In this document: positions 1-9,070 of the stretch, one piece after another
Layout of the letters: each line of letters begins with the position of its first letter
Numbering within the stretch: position 1 is the stretch's first letter
Source: Nemertoderma westbladi
Taxonomy: Eukaryota; Animalia; Xenacoelomorpha
Assembly (NCBI GenBank): GCA_032718475.1
Contig: JAUCBJ010000207.1
Location: 1-42,872, forward strand
DNA length: 42,872 nucleotides
Direction of reading: 5' to 3'
Translations under genes and position numbers: made by a program
Notes under the pieces: generated by a model
What the model saw: the letters and a program-made list of their open reading frames with translations, nothing else
The model's database searches: none
Told to the model about the DNA's origin: nothing

Positions 1-1100
1 CGTTGCGTATCGCAGTTATATTTGTACCAAAGTCCCTACTATTCTTATTGACTGGATTTGGCCTACTGGACGTGCTGGGGTTATGTTTATTCATGTTGTT
101 ATTGTTCCCCTGTCCGTCCCTTGATGTTGTCTTATCTTCGCTTGTCTGTGGACTTGCAGTCCCCTGCGTCGCTGCATATGGCAATGATTGCCTGAGTCTC
201 GGTAACGCGTTCGACGTGTTGTGCTCTGGTTTTGGTCTATGGTAGTCTGTCTTTGGTCCCTTTCCCAGGCTGTCCTCACTATAGACTGGGTCCGTTATTA
301 GTTCGGCCTCGTAATTTAAGAAGTTTGACATTTCTTCTAAACCTGGTTCCGCACCCTTCTTGTCTCGGGTGGAGAAAGCGATCTTCCTCCATTTGTTGCG
401 CAGCCAACTCGGTAGTGCCTGCGCTATCGTGGTGATGTTATTGGACGCGTTGAGCTCGTATGGCGCGTCTAGCGTCTTCAGCACGATCAGCGCCTTCTCG
501 ACTTTGTTAGCAAACGTCTTAATGCTAACGGGGTTATCCTGTAGGCCACCCGATGTTATGCCTCTCAGCGTCTGCCTGATGATCTTGGCCGGGTGCCCGT
601 ATTCCCTATCCAGTGCCCGCCATGCTGTCGTGAAGCCGCCCTCTATTCCTTGGTATTGCCTCACGATATCGTATGCTGGGCCTCCCGTGTACACTTGTAG
701 ATACTTTAGGCACTCCGCCTGCGTCAAGTTTTTTGTTAGTATTTCGTTACTATACATTCGCCGAAACTGTAAGTATTCTTCCGGCCTGCTCCCATCGAAT
801 TTGAACGGTTCCACGGGTGGTAATTCGATCCTCGTTTTCAACGCATCGATCAACGTGGCCATCCCCATTGCCTGCGCTTCTAATGGATTCGACGGGTGCT
901 GTATAGTTTCCCCTGTCTGGTGCGGTTCGTCCGTCCTATTTCTTGATCTTCTCTGACTCGGATATGTCATCGGGGGTAGCGGCCCCCTCCATATGTCTGT
1001 ATCACACGACCTGTTTTCGTCCAAGGGTCTCGTTGTTCTTGCTACCATCGGGGTATATTGTTGATATTGTGATGGGGGAATGTCACCCTGTCCCCCCCCC
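1..1100 (-). CDS. gag: Gag capsid-like (DUF1759-type) segment of element A, open to the window edge and absent from the ORF track
   Basis: The frame is open from the G run at about 1092-1101 to base 1, with BEL/Pao Gag motifs LP..EP..FDG, YL..YT.G.A, AW..L...YG.P and LP.WLR.KW. Confidence 0.85.
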
Positions 1101-2748
1101 CACCGGTATGTCTGGTACTGGGGTTGATGTTAATACGTTGGGGCCCATGCACCTATCCGCAATAATTCCCCCCTCCCCTGGGTATATGTTATGTCCCTGC
1201 ATGCTGTAGTCATACTGCTGTGCTGGTACCGGTATAGGCCTATCAGCTTCTGGCCTACTCGCCGGTATGTATTCCGCGACTTCCGGGTTTAATCCCGTTG
1301 TCCGCGCTATCCTATCGCCTACATTGCCTCTCTCAGTATGGCCTACGGTATGTGCAGTAAGACCTACAGTATGCCCTACAGTCTGCATGTGTTGCTCGGG
1401 ATCGAAGTTTATTCTTCTCGAATAATCCTCCCCGCGGCTACCGTATTCTCGATCGGTAGGTATATTCCGTCGGAAAGTTTCTCTTCGACCCCCCTCTCCA
1501 CTGTTTTCATCTTCGTACCGGTACATCGCGTACCCCTCTCTCGGCGTGTAATGCGTCTCACCGGATCGCATCCCTCCGGGGCGACGGCAATCTCCCGGAG
1601 TCCGACCCCACTGACTCTCCGTTCTCATCTCGACTACCGACGGCTCGCTGTCCGTCCTCGCTCTTCTATCGTTTGCGGCGATACTTCTACTACTCTCTTC
1701 CTCTCTTCTCCTATCAGTGGAATATTCCCGCTCACGAGATCTCTCGTCGACCTCCCGGTTAAACCCCACTGTTCTTCTTTCCTCCTCTGATCGGGCTCGA
1801 CGCTCCGTCTGCCCTCCCGCGACGTCAACCTGTCTTTCTCTGCTCGATCGCACGTCGCTGGGGATACTCGCAATCCCCCTATTACTTTCCGTCGCCGGTT
1901 GTTGCGGTTTACCTTGTTCGGCCCTCGCATTGTCCGCTGACGGCTGTGGGACACTCTCTGCCCCCCCCCCTCTCGCCGCTAACTCTCTGTTGTGGGGCCC
2001 TTGTAGCCCCCCCCCCCCCCCACCCGCTACATTCTACTTCGCTACCTCTCGCCCCGCCACTATATATCTCTCTAGTCGACACATCAACCCTACCACAGTC
2101 GGGTCTGTTCACCCCCGCCTCTCCCTCTGCTATTGCGTGGCCTTCCAGGCCCTCTACTCCCTGCCTACCAACTACGTGGCCTACCAGGCCCTCAGCTCCC
2201 TGTCTACTAACTACGTGGCCTACCAGGCCCTCTGCTCCCTGTCTACTAACTACGTGGCCTACCAGGCCCTCTGCTCCCTGGTTACGTAGGCCCGACGTGT
2301 TTACATTAATAGCACCCATATTGGAAACGGAATTAATTTGCTCATTTGAAACAAAATCATTTGTATTATTCTGCGCGACTACGTTATCTGACTTATTTTG
2401 TAAATTCGGGCTAAGATCATTATTTGAATTATTCGAATTATTCTGTGTAATTGCGTTATTTAAGTTATTTTGTAGGTCCGAATTCGGATTATTATTTTGA
2501 TTATTTGAATTATTTTGCGTAACTACATCAACATTAGGATTATTTTCTACATTAGTATTGGGATTGTTCTGATTTAAATTTAAATTACTACCACTAGGCA
2601 AAGTATTTCCTGCAATAAAGGTTTGATTAGTGTTATCCCATACGGTACTATTAATATCAACAACGTCTACTGTACCATTATTATTATTACCCCCCCCCCC
2701 CCCGCCCGTACGGTTACACCAGTTCTTGGGTCTGTCGTGCGGTCCCTG
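1083..2748 (-). CDS. Low-complexity middle of gag A (Asn-rich block, 13-aa repeats, Arg/Glu-rich), frameshifted at G homopolymers
   Basis: The ORF 1909..2601 frame is open from 2748. The ORF 1083..1853 frame is open back to the G run at 1961-1970. The pieces join at homopolymers. Confidence 0.6.
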
Positions 2749-4246
2749 TCAGTGGGGTGTTAATGAACGTGTCTACGGCTCCTGGCTCCTCAAAAATACT
2801 CGAGCCGGCCCCGCTTTCAGACGGCAACACTCGGACCAATTCCAGCTCGTGCGCCCGTCTAATCTTATTTTTTGCCGATACACCTTGGCGTTTCTCTAAT
2901 TCCCTTAACTCTCGCTCAGCCTTTGCCCCTCTCTCCTCACTCTCCTGGCTGTCCCGTCTGGCCGACTCTACTACACTCCTAGCGTTCTCCCTTCGTCTCG
3001 CCTCACGTTCTTTGCGTTCCTTTTCCTTTCTTGCCTCATATTCCTTGCGTTCCTTTTCCCTTCTCGCCTCACGTTCCTTGCGTTCCTCGTCCTCCCTTGC
3101 CTCACGCTCTCTGCGTTCCCTTTCCTCCCTAGCCTCACGCTCTCTACACTCCTTTTCCTCTATTTCGTCACTCTCCCTAAGGCTCCTCAAAGCCCTTTCG
3201 ACCCTCTCACCGTTCTCTTTAATCAATGCCGCTTCCCTCGCTAACCGCGCTCTCCCCTCCTCTAGCCGTTCCTCCATTTCCTTCTGACCTTGCTCTGCCA
3301 CGTCGAGGCGGTATGCGGCACCTATCTCTCTCACCACTCTTTCTTTCGCGGAGGATGTAACAGACTTATCGGTTACGACGGACTTCCCCCGCCTTCCCGA
3401 CCTACTAACTTTCCCCGGCCTCCCGGAGCTTTCTCCGACCGACGAGGCCGAATCCTCGGGGTTAACCTCGGATTCGCCCCCTTCGAGTCCCCTCCAACCC
3501 ACTGGTTTTACTCCCCGGGCATCGACCAAGTATGGCCCTATGTACACTGGCGCTACACTAGGTTCCATACTCCCACACTCCCATAGTTCAAACAGTTCGC
3601 CGGCTATCCTTTCTGCTCTCTCCCCGGCCAGTTCTCTCTGCCCAAAACGTATTAGGTAATTTAAGTGTCTATCCGACTCACCTAGTCGCTTTCTCAGTCT
3701 CACCTCGTCTACCTTCGCCCCTTCCTTCTTGGCGTCGTTTATCAGCTTCCGGGTCGCGTTGTAGGCCCGTCGAAGTCGCTCAGAAACCCCGACGTCCTCG
3801 TCGCCGACCTCTCCTCCGTCCCTCCGGGTTCGACGTCGTACCGGCGGCTCCACCGTCGCCGTTCCGGTGGGCCGTCCGTCGCCCTCGGCCTGTAGCTGGC
3901 CGGCGACATCGGTACCGATCTCTCCTCCGTCTCTTCGTGTCCGGCGTCGCACCGTCGGCCCCACCGTCGCCGTTTCGGTGGGCCGCTCGTCGCCCTCGGC
4001 CGGTAGCTGGCCGGCGACATCGGCGCGCCGTTCTCCGTCCCGTGTCGACTCATCTCCCTCTCCCTCCGTCTCGCTCTCTTTCTCTCTTGGTTCGACTTCG
4101 GGTTCCAGGCCCTCCTCGTCCTGGACTTCCGGTTCGCCCGTTATCGATGGCTCCGGCGTCGTGGGCCTGTATCGCTTGGTCGCGGCCTCGCGGATCGTTT
4201 GGTCTTCGTCCGGGGTCCGCGTCGGTGTCTCGCCCGATTCACTCAT
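2714..4246 (-). CDS. N-terminal ORF of element A (510 aa; acidic, Glu/Arg coiled-coil-like repeats)
   Basis: ATG-initiated 510-aa ORF starting about 115 nt inside the putative LTR end. It contains a 38-aa duplication (DVAGQL.AEGD.RPT...) and 11-aa EREAREREERE-type repeats. Confidence 0.65.
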   Translation of the reverse strand: MSESGETPTRTPDEDQTIREAATKRYRPTTPEPSITGEPEVQDEEGLEPEVEPREKESETEGEGDESTRDGERRADVAGQLPAEGDERPTETATVGPTVRRRTRRDGGEIGTDVAGQLQAEGDGRPTGTATVEPPVRRRTRRDGGEVGDEDVGVSERLRRAYNATRKLINDAKKEGAKVDEVRLRKRLGESDRHLNYLIRFGQRELAGERAERIAGELFELWECGSMEPSVAPVYIGPYLVDARGVKPVGWRGLEGGESEVNPEDSASSVGESSGRPGKVSRSGRRGKSVVTDKSVTSSAKERVVREIGAAYRLDVAEQGQKEMEERLEEGRARLAREAALIKENGERVERALRSLRESDEIEEKECREREAREERERREREAREDEERKEREARREKERKEYEARKEKERKEREARRRENARSVVESARRDSQESEERGAKAERELRELEKRQGVSAKNKIRRAHELELVRVLPSESGAGSSIFEEPGAVDTFINTPLTGTARQTQELV

Positions 4247-4360
4247 CTCGTTTGTGGCTGATGATTCGGCTAGCTAGGTTGCAGTTCTTAGAGTTTAACT
4301 AGGGCGGCAGCTCGGTTTAGTTACTGTGACGGGATCCAGGAGGGATCCCGATTTATCCGA

Positions 4361-4862
4361 TGTGGTATTTAGTCCACGCGTCCCCGCCGTGTATAAGAGT
4401 GAAATAAAGATAACTGAGTTCTGAAGTTCGGTGTATAATAATAGGTTATAGGATATAGATATACTGTGAATTGTACGGTAGGCGGGATACGGTAACTAAA
4501 GTCCCGTGATCCCCTAACTAAACTAATTGACTGTACCCTACGCTAGCACTGCTGCACTGAGATAACTGAATCACTGATTAATAGGTTATTGGTTATATTG
4601 CACGGTGGCCTTACTGCTACTCAATCGATGCCATTCCCCCCTCTGATTGGTTAATACCCTTGTTGGTGCCCCGTGGAGTATTCCCGTTCACTCCACCTGT
4701 TCTCCCTGGGTTAGGGGTTTGGCCCCTGACCCTCTATTGTGTGCTTCCTTCCCACTCTTATTGGGATGGCACGAGTTGGTTAATTGCCCAATCTCGTGGC
4801 TCCCAATATTGCTTATCGGCTTACAACTTTATGGGGTGTTGGCGGGATTGAATAAGCTAACA
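4361..4862 (-). repeat. Putative 5' LTR of element A (about 500 bp)
   Basis: The minus strand begins TGTTAGC and has a candidate end TACCACA. It contains CCAAT boxes and TCAGT initiator-like motifs. The partner LTR is outside the window, so the inner boundary is inferred. Confidence 0.6.
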
Positions 4863-5886
4863 GCAATGCTAGTATAAAAGCGTTGGTGGAAAGATCCATC
4901 ACACGTTCAATATGAACTGCCCTACTAGACATGCATGTGAAAATCAGTCCCCAACGTTTTACTAGTATACGTCCACGTTTTGTATGTATGGGACCAAAGC
5001 AGTCAATTCCAGTCTCTGTGAAAGGTGGTCTGAATGCTTGTAGTCGTGCTTGTGGAAGTTCACTCATTTCTTGGGTACTTATTCTAGAATGTACCTTTTT
5101 ACAGATAATACACATACGTGTCACTGAACTTAGTGCTTTACTGGGTCTAATTAATACAAATCTTGTACGTAAGTATGAAAGACAGTGGTGTCTTCCAGCG
5201 TGTTTTAGATGTAAGTGTGCGTCCAGTATCATTGCACGTTGTAATTCGTGATGTTGTGGTATTATTATTGGGTATCTAAAGTTAGTATTAAAGTCAATGT
5301 TTTGAAGCCGAGATTTATGACAAATTAAGCCATTATAAATTATCGGACTCCAACTCAATATTGGTGACGACTTGATTGGTTGACCTTGACTTATGGATGT
5401 GAATTCGCGTGCGAAATATCGCAATTGGTAATGGCGAATTAATTTAATTTCACATCTGTCAATCTCAGTCAATGTAAGTCGATGTGTAAAGTCGCGTTTG
5501 CCTTTAACGTATTGTACAAAACGTACAATCCATGCTAATTTTCGGCACGCGTTTGTCCAAGAATCTGTCAGATTTACAATACGGTCGACGTAAGTATTTA
5601 TGACGTCATCAGGTAAGTCAATGGTCAATTTTGAAGGTTTTGTTTTACTAGATGGGCCCACGGGTCCGCCGGTAAGTATTCCCTTGTTGACTGTTGATCC
5701 GTCCGGGTCTACAAGTAATTTGTCCTTCTTCGTTTTCTTACCTTGATTATCTGTACTTTGTGAGTCGATCCCTAATGGTGGTTTAAATTCTATGGGATCA
5801 CTAGGTTTCGGTAAACTTATTTTTGTGCCGATATTAATCCCAGGTCTCACCGTAGGTTGTAAGGTTGGTATGTCTCTTGAGCGCAA
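4863..5886 (-). pseudogene. Integrase (HHCC zinc finger + N-terminal part of the DDE core) of element B, truncated by insertion
   Basis: H-LKH...C..C zinc finger, LPQARL...PPFTETGIDCFGP and KRWGLIFTCMSSRAVHIE. The frame becomes LTR A sequence after FILAL. Confidence 0.92.
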
Positions 5887-5900
5887 AGTAACACCTGTAT

Positions 5901-6875
5901 TTACATTTTGGTACTACCCACATTTGTAATACATGAGGTTTCACTGTACTTATGGTTACTCAAGGGTGTCAAATTTGGTAGTTTGTCAATAGAAGGCCGC
6001 TCCAATAGGGAAACTGCGGCTTTACTATGTGTCAGTATGTTACTAATGTCTGGTAGAACATCTTGTGATATGTCTGGTAAAATGTTTCGCGGAACATCCG
6101 GCGAAACGTCTAGTGACATGTCTGGCAAAACGTCTGGTTGACCGTCTAGTAACGTGTCAGGTTGATCGTCTGGTAACGTGTCTGTTTGACCGTCTGGCGA
6201 TACGTCTGGTTGACCATCTGGCGATACATCTGGTGTAGAAAGGCTCGCAAGTCTTCCGGTCTTAACTTTGTAAGTTATATTTTTCCATTTCGCCTTTGGT
6301 TTCTTCTTAAGTTTCGCCGTCGTCTTTTTCTTTGCTTTCCCCTTCTTTGGTTTTTTAATTTCGGCTCCTTTAGGGATAGTGTTAGACTTATTATCGTATA
6401 GTGGCGGCCAATGTTGTGATGTTCTTTGCAAGAATTGTGGTCCATGTTGCCAAAATTTCTTGTTCTCCGGTTTACAGAACTCCTCAGGCATCATTCCTCG
6501 CGACGCAATATCAGCTGGATTTTGTGGTCCGGGACAATGTCGCCAATCTTCCTTTATTGAACGGTCTAATATTTCTGCACGACGGTTAGCTACAAATGTC
6601 TTAAATTCAAGTGTGTCATTGTTTATATAAAATAAAACTAACGTCGCGTCAGTCCAATAAAATATCTGTAAACTTGACTGTAGTTCAGTCTGTATGAGGT
6701 TTACAATTGTAGTTGACAGGGTTGCTGCTTGTAGCTCAGCGCGTGGTGTCGTCATGTACTTAGTAGGCATGGTCTTAGCCTTAGAAGTAATGAGCGAAAC
6801 ATCGAACTCATCTGAGTCTACTTGTCTGCGCAGATACACTGTCACTCCAAAGCCGTTGTCACTGGCGTCGGAAAA
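5901..6875 (-). pseudogene. RNase H of element B plus a long low-complexity linker
   Basis: LELH*FSDAS (in-frame TGA at 6876-6878), TTPRAELQAA, YWTDA, FVANR, WRHCPGPQNPADIASRG, WQHGPQFL. Confidence 0.9.
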
Positions 6876-8100
6876 TCAATGTAATTCTAAGTTTTCAGGA
6901 AATGTCGTCTGTAATGGAAAATATACCCGGGGTATGGAATAATCTTCTAGTGAAGACAATTGTGCCTCCCAAGTTTTCCATAAGTCTACTTGTTCTGATG
7001 AGATCGGTTCGTCCCATGTCAGTCCATCTTTCCAAATACTGCGCATGTATATTCTTGCTTGCAGTATTATTGGGCTGATAAAACCTAATGGATCGAACAA
7101 TCTACTCAGTTTTGACAAGCAAGACCTCTTTGTCAGTGAATCTCCTTGAGCGTCCAGTCTTACTTTCACTCGAAAGTTGTCTGTGTTCGGGTCCCAAAAT
7201 AGTCCCAACACTTTGGTCGTTGGTAGGGGTTCGAATTCCAAATCAATGTCGCCACCCCCACGTTCAGTCGTTTCGAATGAATTCACTAATTCGGTACTAT
7301 TTGAAGCAAACTTGGTGAGGTTAAAACCTCCGCCTGCTAAACAGTCCCGTAATTGATGTGCTACTGTTATAGCACGTTCTACTGTGTCACAACTTTGTAA
7401 TCCATCGTCAACGTAAAAGTCTCGTTCTACTATTTGGATTACCTCTGGGTCATACTTATGTTTCTGGTCCCTAGCGCTCTGCTTTAGGGCATACATAGTA
7501 CAATTTGGGCTGTCTCTGGCACCGAATACGCGAACTTGCATTTGGTAAGTCGCCGGTGGTTGACTTAAAGTCTCCATCCGGGTACCAGAGTAACCTCAAA
7601 CTGTCTCTGTCTTGCTCTAATGCTCGCACTTGGTGAAACATCGCTTCTACATCGTAAGTAAATGCTACTTGACGATAATCACCCCCATGAGATAATTATT
7701 CATGTTTGGTCCATCCATCAACTCAGTATTGAGAGACATTCCCTCAAAAAGAGCCGCGCAGTCATTAACTACACGTACTTTCTCTGGTTTGTCGGGGTGT
7801 CTCACATAGTGATGTGGCAAATAGTATGTCTGGTCCGTCACAATCTCTGGGTTTGTCATTCTGATAGCGTACCCTTTCGTCAAATACGTCTCCATCTGGG
7901 TATTATACTGTAGATGGGCTTTCTCGTCCTTTAATAAACGTTGTCGTATTGAGTTTAAACGTTTTAAGGCTAGCGGATAATTATTTATAAGTTTAGGACG
8001 TTGGTTACGCCATAACATCCCTACCTCATAATGTCCGTCTTTCGTATGGCGGATAGTATCTTCCATGATCTTTAAAGATTGTTTCTCTTGTTCCGACATA
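6876..8100 (-). pseudogene. Reverse transcriptase of element B (frameshifted)
   Basis: YYLPHH.V..PDKPEKVRVVNDCAA, SLNTELMDGP, DVEAMFHQV (in a shifted frame at about 7600-7660), VFGARDSP, FYVDD, GGFNLTKF, KVLGLFW, FDPLG. Confidence 0.93.
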
Positions 8101-9070
8101 CATGGATCGTAACTACCAGGTTCAGCGGTGTCTTGTTCCAACCATTTGATAGTTTTCTCTGTTAATTCTTTGTCCAGTGCAGCTTGTTCCACTTGACAAT
8201 TTCTTAATGCGTCGGTATCGACGGACGTTGATAAAGTTATTGGTTCAGGTAGACTCGCAAGCCTTCCGGCGTTATCATCTATCGTTGATGGATCCTCTGC
8301 CTGATGCGTCTCCTTCTCAACCTCTAAACTTACCTTTTTGTGGATTGGTTTCTGCTCTTTGTGACTTATTGTACTTGCTACACATGTCGTACTTGTAACA
8401 TTGTCGTGTTTTGTCGAACGTAGCATAGTATAGTCTCTGTCGTTTGAAAAAGAATGAGTCAAAGTTGTAGTTAATAAACTACATGTACTACGCACATCAT
8501 CTTCCTCATCACTTATATCTAGTGTGCGCACAGGCGCTCGAGTATACCAACCTATCGGCGTTCTGCAGGCGTATGCGTTTCCTGCTACGACTACTGATGG
8601 TCTGGTTTCCCACACTTGATGTAAGTTGAATTGGTCTGTCCCGATCAGCATTGCTACTGACCTGTAATTAACAGGACATTCAGGTACACCAAGGTGTCTA
8701 AAATACTTACGGTCCTCCAAGGATTGTTCTGGCACTGGACCCAGTAGGTTACTAAAGTCCTTAGTGGCCGCAAAGGTTAAATCCTTAAAAGGTAGCAAAG
8801 ACCTTTCCTCTTCGCTATGTTGCGATTTTGGAAGAAGGGTGTCTAAGTTTAACTTAACTCTTGTCAATGGTATTGCACGTTGTCCATGCATACTACTTAC
8901 TGTATATCTGACGTTCTTACCTTGTCGAAGGTCCGTCACGACGTCAGCTACCTTCTCATCCACGTAGCTGTGAGATGAGGCTGAATCCAAAATAGCGTAG
9001 ATCCGTTTGCTCCCTTTGGTGCCCGTAATCTTAACAGGAATTACGCTAAATCCCTTCAGTTGATCAGGCG
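8101..9070 (-). pseudogene. Aspartic protease of element B and linker
   Basis: IPVKITG...IYAILDSASSHSYV active-site motif, MLIGTD and RTPIGW. It is frameshifted relative to gag near 9070. Confidence 0.85.

Larger units (their letters stand above)
1..4862 (-). mobile_element. BEL/Pao LTR retrotransposon A, 5' portion (LTR + gag), continuing beyond the left window edge
   Basis: Manual translation of the minus strand from about 1100 to 1 gives a BEL/Pao capsid-like (DUF1759-type) region: ELPPVEPFKFDGSRPEEYLQF...LKYLQVYTGGPAYDIV...GFTTAWRALDREYGHPAKII...LPSWLRNKW. The element starts with TGT at 4862, exactly where the integrase of element B breaks off. Confidence 0.88.

Noticed and set aside
360-4302. 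Plus-strand ORFs opposite gag A (e.g. 360..956, 2757..3287)
   Set aside because: They are antisense shadows of GC-rich or repetitive coding sequence, with no recognisable motifs.
4664-4678. TGGTGCCCCGTG resembling a tRNA primer-binding site
   Set aside because: It is on the wrong strand for both elements and lies inside the putative LTR.
6876-6878. In-frame TGA as selenocysteine or readthrough
   Set aside because: The element has several other lesions, so a point mutation in the LH.FSDAS motif is more parsimonious.
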